This document shows positions 9,442 through 18,560 of a stretch of 64,000 nucleotides of DNA, one piece after another (within the stretch, counting starts at the first letter, position 1; every line of letters begins with the position of its first letter). The notes under the pieces were generated by a model, which had not been told where the DNA came from, made no database searches, and was given only the letters and a program-made list of their open reading frames with translations. The translations under genes and the position numbers were made by a program. The stretch comes from Bdellovibrionales bacterium (lineage in GTDB: Bacteria; Bdellovibrionota; Bdellovibrionia; Bdellovibrionales; JAGQZY01): the NCBI GenBank assembly GCA_964230645.1, contig CAXRHT010000002.1:1120001-1184000 (forward strand). Reading direction: 5' to 3'.

Positions 9442-10056
9442 CTAGGACTTCAAATTCCCTAAATGGAGATGATAACGAAGCGGAAAAGCGTTTCGCACGG
9501 GAAGGTACTCCTCTTGATTCTCGGAGACTCTCTTGACCCTTTTCCAAACATCAGAATCCACGAAATCTTTTAAAGGTTGCTCGACTTTGAAGATACTAGA
9601 GATCGCATTCTGTACTTTTTGATCCCACATCTCTTCTAAGTCGGCAGGGAACTCTGGAATCAATTCTTTTTGACTTGTTTGAACGTGCCAGTTCTCGGTG
9701 TCGTGATGGGTGCTAAAAATTCGGTAGTCATCAGTGACCTCTTCGCCTTTTTTGATATCTCTAACGGCAAGTTCAAATCCGTAACCAGTGGAAAGGGTAT
9801 TGGCCTCATCATCATGATTCATGTACTTGCCAAGATCCCAGGAAACAATTCGGTTTCCTAAAAAGTCCTCGTAAGAGTATTTCTCAACATACTCTTTGAG
9901 GCTTGGGTTTATGGAATTTAAATCCTCCTCAGGAATAACGATGTCCAGACCATCTTGCACAAAGGTCAAAGTTCCCTTTGGAATATCTTGAATTGCAAAA
10001 AGGCCGTAGCCTTTTTCATCTGAGATCCATTGAATTCGAACCCAAGGAATGATCAT
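9442..10056 (-). CDS. SET-domain protein (putative lysine methyltransferase)
   Basis: KGYGLFA.QDIPKGT, YMNH…AN, A.RDIKKGEEVT.DY SET motifs. Confidence 0.88.
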   Translation of the reverse strand: MIIPWVRIQWISDEKGYGLFAIQDIPKGTLTFVQDGLDIVIPEEDLNSINPSLKEYVEKYSYEDFLGNRIVSWDLGKYMNHDDEANTLSTGYGFELAVRDIKKGEEVTDDYRIFSTHHDTENWHVQTSQKELIPEFPADLEEMWDQKVQNAISSIFKVEQPLKDFVDSDVWKRVKRVSENQEEYLPVRNAFPLRYHLHLGNLKS

Positions 10057-10445
10057 TGTTTTCTGTCTCCCTAAAAAGCTAATTTGTTCTTTTTTAATTC
10101 ATGCACAGAATATTTTTAAAAGCCAAGCGAAATTCTTAGGGGCGAGGTAAGCTGGTCTCTAAAGTTTGCCCCGCCTAGTTTTTCGATTTTAGGGTCCCTA
10201 AAAGTTCGGGAGTCCAAAGCTTTTTAAGCTCCGCTTTCCTCCTCATTTACCCCTCCCCGCCCTTTAAGACGCAACGAATCAGCACTCTATAGTCTAGCGA
10301 GAACCTTCTAATTTGAACCTCACAAAACCCTCTTTTCTCAAGCCAGAGCCTATTAGGGATTTTTTGCAATACCCCTAGTCGAAACCCCATTTGGTGACTA
10401 GGGTGTCGTTTTTAAAACCCAAAATGACCTTTAAGGAGGGCTTTT

Positions 10446-11897
10446 ATGAAACTTACCTTTTTCCTCTCTTGTCTTGTGTTTTCAATCTCGCTTTTTGCCC
10501 ATAACGGCGACCACAATTTAGACTCCCCTCAACATTCCTCTGAAGTTACGGAACAGTTTGGAGTGGAGTATATCGGTAACGCCTCAGTTGGACTTACCAA
10601 CAAAACAATTCCCCTAGAGATCAAAGATAACACCATCACTTGGGTCTCCCCTGAAACCACAGATGACACCTACGCGGCCTACTTAAACCAAGGCATGGCT
10701 TTTCTTCACGTCTTCCATTGGATCGATGCCCTCAGATCTTTCAAGATGGCTCAAGAAATCAAAAAAGATTCTCTTTACGCAGCTGCCGGACAAATCTTTA
10801 GCTATCTAAGTTTGAACCCCAGTGATGCCGCTCCCTTTATTCAAGCTCTCGTGAAAGACATGAATGGTGTCAGTACAGCCACGCCCCTTGAAAAGGCTTG
10901 GTATGATTTTGCCCTAGCTATGGCTAAAGCCAGTAATGTACTTAATCAGCCAGGGGTAAAAAGTGTGAGCCAAGCTTTTAGAGATCTTAACTCTCTTGCG
11001 CCCAATGATTCCGAGGTTTCAACCTTTGCTGCGTGGACCGCTCGCCAAGGTGGAATTCAAACTTACCTTGATGTTTTAGAAACTCAGCCCAATCACCTCG
11101 GCGCAAACCACTACGTGACCCATATGTTAGAAGGTGCCGGACAGTCAGCTAACGCTGTTCCTTTCGCAGAAAAAGTCGCTGAGTATGGAAGCTTCAATGG
11201 TCATGCCATTCATATGTTAGGCCACGTTCTTCCAGAAGTGGGACGTTGGAAAGATGCTGTGGCTGAATTTGAAAAAGCGCACCAGGTTCATTTGGATTGG
11301 GCGAGTCGCAACGACGTCCCTATGTCAGAGGACTGGCACTACGCCCATAACCTTCACCTCATGGGTGTGAGTAAAGCCGGAATTGGTGACTTCCAGGATG
11401 CACAAAGTGATATGGAACTTGGCTGTGAATTTGATGGCCGCTCTTGTATTGACCTTTTTAATCTAAAAATTCTCACGATGACTCCTGAAGAATTCACCAC
11501 CGAGCTTGATAACTTCCTAGCCACCCTTCCTCAAGGTTGGGCTCCTTATTTCAGTAACTACTATAATGAGATCGCTTTAAGAAATGGACAGTCGCTCAGT
11601 GAAATTACAATTCAAGACCAAATGTACCAAGACCATCTTGTATTAGTGGCAAAGCTCATGGAAGCCAAAAAAGGAAATCTTTCACCAACGGCAAAAAGCC
11701 AGTTGAATCAAACGATCAAAACCTTTATTGCCACACGATTTCCTCAAACCGGTTTTGACTCTTGGGCTAAGGGTGTTTTCATGTCCTTAAGAATTCTCGC
11801 CATCACCAAAAGAATGGATGACCAGGATTATTTCCAAACAGCGGAAACAGAGCTTTTAAAGAAGCTTCCTGAGTTGGACCATAGCTACATCCAATAA
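10446..11897 (+). CDS. Secreted TPR-like helical protein with conserved His motifs
   Basis: Signal peptide; 'YLNQGMAFLHVF..IDALRSF', HLGANHYVTH, GHAIHMLGH, HYAHNLH; strong AAGGAGG SD. Confidence 0.75.
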   Translation: MKLTFFLSCLVFSISLFAHNGDHNLDSPQHSSEVTEQFGVEYIGNASVGLTNKTIPLEIKDNTITWVSPETTDDTYAAYLNQGMAFLHVFHWIDALRSFKMAQEIKKDSLYAAAGQIFSYLSLNPSDAAPFIQALVKDMNGVSTATPLEKAWYDFALAMAKASNVLNQPGVKSVSQAFRDLNSLAPNDSEVSTFAAWTARQGGIQTYLDVLETQPNHLGANHYVTHMLEGAGQSANAVPFAEKVAEYGSFNGHAIHMLGHVLPEVGRWKDAVAEFEKAHQVHLDWASRNDVPMSEDWHYAHNLHLMGVSKAGIGDFQDAQSDMELGCEFDGRSCIDLFNLKILTMTPEEFTTELDNFLATLPQGWAPYFSNYYNEIALRNGQSLSEITIQDQMYQDHLVLVAKLMEAKKGNLSPTAKSQLNQTIKTFIATRFPQTGFDSWAKGVFMSLRILAITKRMDDQDYFQTAETELLKKLPELDHSYIQ

Positions 11898-11943
11898 TAA
11901 AAATCGATGATCGATGAAAGATTGTCGATCAGCTCTCACTCCC

Positions 11944-11975
11944 AAGGAGTTCTCGTTTGTACGAGAACTCCTTTT
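11944..11975 (+). terminator. Probable intrinsic terminator
   Basis: Perfect 13-bp stem AAGGAGTTCTCGT / ACGAGAACTCCTT with 4-nt loop ending in a T run, ~45 nt after the stop at 11897. Confidence 0.7.
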
Positions 11976-12123
11976 AAAATGAACCGTTCGTTCTGAGTGG
12001 GCCTTCATTGTAGAAAATTCATGACAGCCTCTAACCAATCCCTCGGCACGATCAAATCGTCGAAGGAGAAAGTATTGGCCTCCTCCTTGCAATTTTAAGC
12101 CTAGAAAAGAGGAGGATTCTAAA

Positions 12124-13557
12124 ATGAACCAATTTAAACAACTTTTACTACTATTTGTTTCGATATCCGGACTAATTTCTTGTAGCCCGGACAACTCTGA
12201 CAATTCCAACACCCAACAGCCTATGGAAGAAAACAAGCTTTCCAGCAGAGCCATAGAGCAAATTCTTATAAAGCGCTCCGATGGCAGCTTTAGGATTCTC
12301 GAGAAAGGCTTAGAAAGTATCGAAGTTGGGAGTCAAATAAAACTAGTCTATAAAAAAGGAGTCAATCCTCAAGGAACCCTCAGAACCGACGTGACCTGTC
12401 ACACTCCTCAACGCCAAGAGGCTCTTTTCAAAACAACCAATTATAAGATGGAAGACTTAAGCCAAAACCTCTCTTTACTCAATTTACTACCCCCCAAGGT
12501 TTTAGCCCCTCTTCCTAAAGAGGAGCGTATCAATTGTGACCTCAAGCTTGAAATCATCGAAGAAAACATCCTCACAGTTTCCATTTCATTTGAGAATATC
12601 AGTCTTGAGAACACCAACTTCTTTTCCAATTGGGACATTCTTCCTGACGCTTCAGAAGAAATGCGGGCAGCCGACTATCTTTTTCGCACTTCCAAGTTTA
12701 AAGAGATGCCCCTTTCTTTTCAAGAAGGTGAGATGAACACTATCCACACGATTTGCGAGGACTCACAGACAGAAGCCTTTAACGTTAAAAGAAATCCTAA
12801 CCTCTCAGAGTTTTTTGAAGAGAGTCTTTTTGAAGATAATCCTGTCTCAATGTGTCGCCTTATTGCAGTTAACGACAAGAACCAATCGTTAAAAGTTTCT
12901 CAGGTACTAAATGTCGAGGGCCGTTGGTCAATGGTAAGAATGCTTTGGGATATTAGACTTAGTGCAACTAATAACCCAGTATCCAATCTTTCCGAAGCCA
13001 TGATCATCAAAATTGAAAACAATGGTACAGATACCGCTCTAATCAATTTTAAGGTTCCAGGAAATCCCAACATCAAGATCCGCCCTCATTACGGCAACCC
13101 TCTTCCCCATGGTAAAATTTGGCTGTTCCCCGAGACCACTATTGATGCGCAATGGGTTCAGGTTTCAACTGGTGAGGCCTTCAGAGGTGAAAACATCATT
13201 GAAATCCCACCTCATTCTTTTGAAAACTTTGAGCTAAGACCACGGAACAATCTCAAATGCCCCTTAGGTCAAAAAGGCTTCGAAAAAAATCCGTGTGCGT
13301 ACAATCTTTATCTCGGTTCAACCACAAAGGTTTCAGTGCCAACAATCTCAGCTGAAACACAAATCAATCGCACAGAAAGAGAGTGGCTTCTTCTCAGTAA
13401 AAAACTAAGTCAACAGTCCTCCAATGGACAGATCACTCAGTGGCTTCCCACTTCTACGCTCAATCAGTCCTGCTCAAATTTTCCGACGGTTTTGAATACC
13501 CCCGCCAATCAGGGACCGTTCACTTACCAGGCAATTGATAACTGTACAGTTGATTAA
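12124..13557 (+). CDS. Hypothetical lipoprotein
   Basis: 477 aa; lipobox-like LISC after a hydrophobic stretch; GAGGAGG SD; several Cys. Confidence 0.75.
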   Translation: MNQFKQLLLLFVSISGLISCSPDNSDNSNTQQPMEENKLSSRAIEQILIKRSDGSFRILEKGLESIEVGSQIKLVYKKGVNPQGTLRTDVTCHTPQRQEALFKTTNYKMEDLSQNLSLLNLLPPKVLAPLPKEERINCDLKLEIIEENILTVSISFENISLENTNFFSNWDILPDASEEMRAADYLFRTSKFKEMPLSFQEGEMNTIHTICEDSQTEAFNVKRNPNLSEFFEESLFEDNPVSMCRLIAVNDKNQSLKVSQVLNVEGRWSMVRMLWDIRLSATNNPVSNLSEAMIIKIENNGTDTALINFKVPGNPNIKIRPHYGNPLPHGKIWLFPETTIDAQWVQVSTGEAFRGENIIEIPPHSFENFELRPRNNLKCPLGQKGFEKNPCAYNLYLGSTTKVSVPTISAETQINRTEREWLLLSKKLSQQSSNGQITQWLPTSTLNQSCSNFPTVLNTPANQGPFTYQAIDNCTVD

Positions 13558-13598
13558 TTAACTTAAATAGAGAGTTTTTAAAGAAATGAAAGCTCTCT

Positions 13599-14369
13599 TT
13601 AACTTAGAGAGGTCGGCACATCTTTCTTAGCAATCAGCACCATGCTTCTCTCCGGATACCCCGGAATGAAATCAGGAACTTCCTCTAACACAGCCTCTTT
13701 TGAAAAATTAAAGGGGCTTTCCCAAAGATTGATAAATCTAAAGTCGCCCGTGCGAATGTCGGAGTTTTTAAAGTTGTTCTTTTTATTTTTCGTATGGGTT
13801 GTTGTAAATAAATAGCGATAATTCACCGTTGCGATATTTTTTAAGAACTTATCAATGTCCTTAAAAGAAAGATGAAAAAGGCAGTCCCTGACAAAAAGAA
13901 TATCGCAATCGGGAAGGAGGTCCGAGCACATATCAGACACTTTAAATTCCACATTGGTTTTATTATTTTCGGCTCTATTTTTCTCAACAATGGAGTCAAC
14001 GATATCAAGGCCTATATAACGGATGTCGGTTTTATTAACGACCTCTTTCATCCAATTGAAATCCCCACAGGGGGCATCGACCAAAGTACCTACATCATAT
14101 TTTTCGATAATCTTAGGCAAACGCTCCCTTAACTTTTCAGTGTAGGCAAGCTCTGATCCCCCACCACTGACAGACTCATCACTGCACCAGTGGTTTTCCT
14201 GATAGATCTTTGTGAACTTTTCTTTATTGGAATCAATCTCTAAGATCTCTTGATAGCGCTTTTTCTTTGTGAGGTTTCCTAAGTAGTTGGTCGCTTTTTT
14301 TAAGAATACACTAGGTCCTTGGCTTTTAAGGACTTCAATGGCTCGGACCGGTAGGGATTTTGAACTCAT
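13599..14369 (-). CDS. Class I SAM-dependent methyltransferase
   Basis: ESVSGGGS, LVDAPCGDFNWM, YIGLDIV, RDCLFHL motifs of a glycan-locus-associated MTase family. Confidence 0.85.
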   Translation of the reverse strand: MSSKSLPVRAIEVLKSQGPSVFLKKATNYLGNLTKKKRYQEILEIDSNKEKFTKIYQENHWCSDESVSGGGSELAYTEKLRERLPKIIEKYDVGTLVDAPCGDFNWMKEVVNKTDIRYIGLDIVDSIVEKNRAENNKTNVEFKVSDMCSDLLPDCDILFVRDCLFHLSFKDIDKFLKNIATVNYRYLFTTTHTKNKKNNFKNSDIRTGDFRFINLWESPFNFSKEAVLEEVPDFIPGYPERSMVLIAKKDVPTSLS

Positions 14370-14594
14370 AATGGAATACTCACCTTTAAAAAATTTCTTA
14401 TCTTCGTCCTAACCTAAAGGCTCTCAAAGTTCTAGAAAATCCTTAAAATTTAAGGGCCTAGAGCTAAGACCCGGCCAGGTGTAAGACCACAAATTGCGCA
14501 AAGTGTTAGCAGCCTAATCCCTCACTTTCCATTAAAGGCTTTTAGTCCCCTCTCTGCCCTGATAAAATCAGGACCTAGCTAGGTTACTGCCATT

Positions 14595-15851
14595 ATGATC
14601 TCTCAACTGCCAAGACTTTTTAATCGCCTTGTTCCGAAGAAATCCTCGGAGATCATCGTCTATCAAGTGCTCGCTTTTCTAGCGACCTTTACCTTGAGCA
14701 TCCTTTTAGCCCGTTTTTTTGGCCCCGAGGGGAAGGGGCGCTTTGATCTCTTCTTAGTTTTTGTAACAGTGCTGGTTGAAATCGTGCACCTCGGCGCTGG
14801 CAGCGGACTATTGATGATCCTCTCTCAGCAGAAGATACCACTAGGTCGTGTGCACGGAACAGCCATCCTCATAGCCGTGGGCCTATCTTTGACAACAATT
14901 GGCCTAAACCTCTTTTTTCCATCTCTTGCTTTAGAGGCCTTTAGGGGGCTTAACCAAGAGTGGCTCTTTTGGGGAACTCTTCTCACCCTCCCCATGCTTT
15001 ATAAAAACTTTTGGACTCATATCACCCTTGGGATTGGTGCCGTAAAAACACAGAACCAGTTCAATGCCCTTCTCCATGGCTTGGTCCTTCTGATTTTCAT
15101 TCCCTTTTTCTTTGGAGAGTCTCTTTCGCTAGAGTCCTCTCTTTACCTCTACACGTTCTTAGTGTTTGCGGCCGCAGGCATTATGTTTATTTGGATGCTA
15201 CTAAGAGACCCAAAACTGGGTTTTCTAAGCTCTCACGTAAAATCCATTGTGTTTTATTCTTTTGCTCTTTATCTCGCTCAAGCCATCAATCTTCTACACT
15301 TTAGAGCCGATCAGGTCATGATCAACTGGAAGCTTGGCGCAAGTGAGGTGGGTATTTATGCCGTTTCTGTGAAAATAGCAGAACTCATCTTTTTTCTAGA
15401 AATGGCTTTCGTGTCGATTCACTGGAGCCAGATTTTTAACCCGGAAAAGTTTCATCGCTCTTTATTTGTATCAACCCTAAAAAGGCATAGTCTAGTGGCC
15501 ATTCTTGCCATGGTCGGTATGGCCATCATCTCCCCATTTATGATCCACCTTCTTTATGGTGAGAGCTTCACGCGAGCCACTCTCCCCTTGATTGTTCTCC
15601 TACCTGGAACAGCGATTATCTCTGTGGCAAAACTCTGCAGCAATTACTTCACGTTTTATAAAAAGAAGATCGCCCTCATCCTTGGTATTTCGCTCACCGG
15701 AGCCCTTCTTAATATCCTGTTAAATTATCTTTTTATGTTCCAATGGGATTTCGGGATCATGGGTGCGGCTTACGCCTCAAGCATTAGTTATACGCTAGGG
15801 GGCCTTCTCACAGGACTCTTCTGCTACAGGTCCGTTAGGAAAGAAGCCTAA
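14595..15851 (+). CDS. Wzx-type oligosaccharide flippase
   Basis: About 12 TM segments; LARFFGPEGKG, RADQVMI…GASEVGIYAVS, GIMGAAYASSISY PST-family motifs. Confidence 0.9.
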   Translation: MISQLPRLFNRLVPKKSSEIIVYQVLAFLATFTLSILLARFFGPEGKGRFDLFLVFVTVLVEIVHLGAGSGLLMILSQQKIPLGRVHGTAILIAVGLSLTTIGLNLFFPSLALEAFRGLNQEWLFWGTLLTLPMLYKNFWTHITLGIGAVKTQNQFNALLHGLVLLIFIPFFFGESLSLESSLYLYTFLVFAAAGIMFIWMLLRDPKLGFLSSHVKSIVFYSFALYLAQAINLLHFRADQVMINWKLGASEVGIYAVSVKIAELIFFLEMAFVSIHWSQIFNPEKFHRSLFVSTLKRHSLVAILAMVGMAIISPFMIHLLYGESFTRATLPLIVLLPGTAIISVAKLCSNYFTFYKKKIALILGISLTGALLNILLNYLFMFQWDFGIMGAAYASSISYTLGGLLTGLFCYRSVRKEA

Positions 15852-16597
15852 GAATTCTTTTTCTTAGCGGTTGCGATCAGACACCAACCATTTTTAAAGC
15901 CCTTGAACATAAAGGGCCTAAGTAGAATTCCTAAGACTGTGGCCAAACTAAACTTCAAGTTGGCAAAATAAAGTGGCGGCAGAGTTCCCCCAGTGGTCAT
16001 TTCAATATTCTCAAACTCAGATCTTTTAAGAATAAGATCAAGCTCCCAGGGAGAAAGAGGCGAGATATGCCCATAAGAAAGATCCCCATCAAAGAACTGA
16101 TAAAACCGACCCGTAGTAAGAAAAGTAAGCCTTGAGAGCCAGGAGGTCGTATGAGGGGTGGTGACCACAATATGCCCCCCAGGCTTCAACAATTTTTTAA
16201 GGTCTCTCACATACTCCCACTGATTCTCCACATGCTCGATCACCTCAATGCCAAGGACCACATCATACTTTTCACTGTGAGTCTGGATAAAATTCCTAAC
16301 CGCCTCAGAATTATTAAAGTTTAGCTGTTCAAAATTCGTCGTAGCGGCGAAGTTTTCCTTATCCATGTCGACAGAAAAGACCTCAAACCCCTGATCTTTT
16401 AATCTCTCTGACAGGGCTCCATAGCCGCAGCCAAAATCAAGGATCTTAGCTCCGGACTGAGCTACGCTCTTAACCCGATCTGCGATATCTTTGTGCATCC
16501 CAAGATCAGCTCTCATTCGAATATTCTTATAATACTGAAAGTCTTTTTTACCTAAAAAAATCAGAGAGTTATTTAATAAAGCCAATTGAAACTCCAA
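15848..16597 (-). CDS. Class I SAM-dependent methyltransferase
   Basis: ILDFGCGYG, EVIEHV, LLKPGGHIVVTTP; start codon uncertain. Confidence 0.88.
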   Translation of the reverse strand: MEFQLALLNNSLIFLGKKDFQYYKNIRMRADLGMHKDIADRVKSVAQSGAKILDFGCGYGALSERLKDQGFEVFSVDMDKENFAATTNFEQLNFNNSEAVRNFIQTHSEKYDVVLGIEVIEHVENQWEYVRDLKKLLKPGGHIVVTTPHTTSWLSRLTFLTTGRFYQFFDGDLSYGHISPLSPWELDLILKRSEFENIEMTTGGTLPPLYFANLKFSLATVLGILLRPFMFKGFKNGWCLIATAKKKNS

Positions 16598-16648
16598 ACG
16601 CGGGATCTACAAAATTCGAGAGGGCCTCTTTATATGAAAAAAAGACCA

Positions 16649-18316
16649 TTATCTTTTACTCGATTTTTTAACAAAATCAAAGGCAACCAAGCCTTCATGG
16701 AAAACAAAACTGTGGGTTCCCTTAATATCAGGAAAATAATTGGGGAGGACCTTAAAAAGTTCTTTTTCCTTGAAAGTTTGATCCGTTAAATCAGTGATCT
16801 CTGTTACCCCCATTGAAGAACCATACATGTCCCAATCCTGAGTCTGAAAGGTCCTATAAATTTTCTCCTGCTCGAGGAAAAGTCCTCCATTTCTAGCTTT
16901 TTGAGGGTCAAATATGACAGGGTTTTGAGGGTGAGCTTGCCAGGCACCGTTAATCAAATCATCAGAAGCGAAAATATGTAATTCTGAACAGTGCTCACCC
17001 ATATCGGCTGAATCGACATTTGTTAGAAGCCACCACTTGCCTGAGTGCTTGAAAACACACGTGTCTGCGGCAGATATGTCTGGAATAAGCACTTTCTCAA
17101 GCTCCCATCTGAGTGGAAAATCTACACATCGATACAGCCGAATGTCGTTACTTGCATGAGTTTCGGGACACATATAGAGATTGCCTTTGTCCTCAATCAG
17201 ATAGGGAAATGATAAATGAAAGCTCTCCCTTAAACATTCTCCAAGCCTCTTGTAGTGCCCATCTTCAATTTCATAAACCGAAATAACACCTAGCTTTTCT
17301 TTGAAGCTATAATCTTCCACAAAACAATAATGACGCCCATTGCGGTTAATCAGAAAAGGATCTGCTAAAAAGCGGCCCTTGGGATTTTTGATTCTTTTTG
17401 ATCGCCAAAATGAAAAGTCGTCAAAACTAGGGGTGAACTGATAACCAACCTCCCATCTGTAGGTTCTGCCAATGAGCTTTTCGTACACCTTTTGAAAAGC
17501 TAGAATAAAAGTACGAAATAAGTACCGCAATTGAACTCGGACACTGGGAATTTTAAAAATAGGGAAAGAATAAGGCTTTTTGGACATAACCTGAGGAAGT
17601 GAATCATTCTTTCCGATAAACTCTAAGGTCTGATGTAAAAAGGGAAGTGATTTCATTAAAATTTTAACCGCATTCATGCTGTATAAAAAGCTTGTCGGAA
17701 TTTTTCCCTTAAAAAGGACGTCACCACCATCTAATTCTTCTTTTAAAATCTGAATAATGAACCCAGTACTCGGTGCCTTTCCAAAAACCTCCCAAAAACC
17801 CGCCGGTCCTCCCCGATTGACGTCATTGTCTCCATGATGAAAAGAGAGAATTCCATATTTGCTCGAATTGAGAATCTCACCTTTAAGAATCCCACTTCCT
17901 CCGCGAATTAGAACATCAAAAGACTCCTCTTTTATCCGAGCGATGTCTCTTTTGGAATAACGATAAACAAGTCCACTTTTAGAAACCTTTGGATTAACTT
18001 CTATTTTTTCTAGGTGGCCTTCTTCCAAATTCTCGCTTACAAAAAAATCTCCGTAGCGCCACAGTTTCTTTAGAAGAGACTCTTCAACAGTCCTTATAAG
18101 CTTAAAGAGCACAGCTCGGATAAGAGCTCTCACTCCTTTTTTCTTTAAATAGTCACTCATTTTGGAAATGGCGGATCCAGAGTCTTTACTAAAATCCTGA
18201 ACAATTAAGTGAGTAATTTGATAGTGCTTAGCATTCTTCGCTAAGCGTAATGCTTCATGATTTATTTTTGACTGAGGGCCCTTATCAAGAATAAGCGCTA
18301 CTTTTAATACAGACAT
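16649..18316 (-). CDS. Formyltransferase-like domain fused to a beta-propeller (GINT1-N / GH43-like) domain
   Basis: N-half SFHHGD…RGGPAGFWE…ELDGGDVL; C-half FLADPF, FHLSFPY, MCPET, HPQNPV, ARNGG. Confidence 0.75.
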   Translation of the reverse strand: MSVLKVALILDKGPQSKINHEALRLAKNAKHYQITHLIVQDFSKDSGSAISKMSDYLKKKGVRALIRAVLFKLIRTVEESLLKKLWRYGDFFVSENLEEGHLEKIEVNPKVSKSGLVYRYSKRDIARIKEESFDVLIRGGSGILKGEILNSSKYGILSFHHGDNDVNRGGPAGFWEVFGKAPSTGFIIQILKEELDGGDVLFKGKIPTSFLYSMNAVKILMKSLPFLHQTLEFIGKNDSLPQVMSKKPYSFPIFKIPSVRVQLRYLFRTFILAFQKVYEKLIGRTYRWEVGYQFTPSFDDFSFWRSKRIKNPKGRFLADPFLINRNGRHYCFVEDYSFKEKLGVISVYEIEDGHYKRLGECLRESFHLSFPYLIEDKGNLYMCPETHASNDIRLYRCVDFPLRWELEKVLIPDISAADTCVFKHSGKWWLLTNVDSADMGEHCSELHIFASDDLINGAWQAHPQNPVIFDPQKARNGGLFLEQEKIYRTFQTQDWDMYGSSMGVTEITDLTDQTFKEKELFKVLPNYFPDIKGTHSFVFHEGLVAFDFVKKSSKR

Positions 18317-18560
18317 CGTTTCCTCAATAATAACTAAAACTTGAGTGTCGTTTTATAACGAAATCTACCATTATCCATTGAAGGAAGATGCCCCACTGCG
18401 TCAGCAGCAATATAGCCTCCACCCAATAGGGATTTACTCGAATAGATTTTTTGTAAACTCACCCACCAATCATTAATAAACGGTAAATTCCTCCTTCGAA
18501 TTACGGAGGGTAATCTCCAAAAGAAGATTAGGTTGCACCAACAACGCTCATTGACTCACT

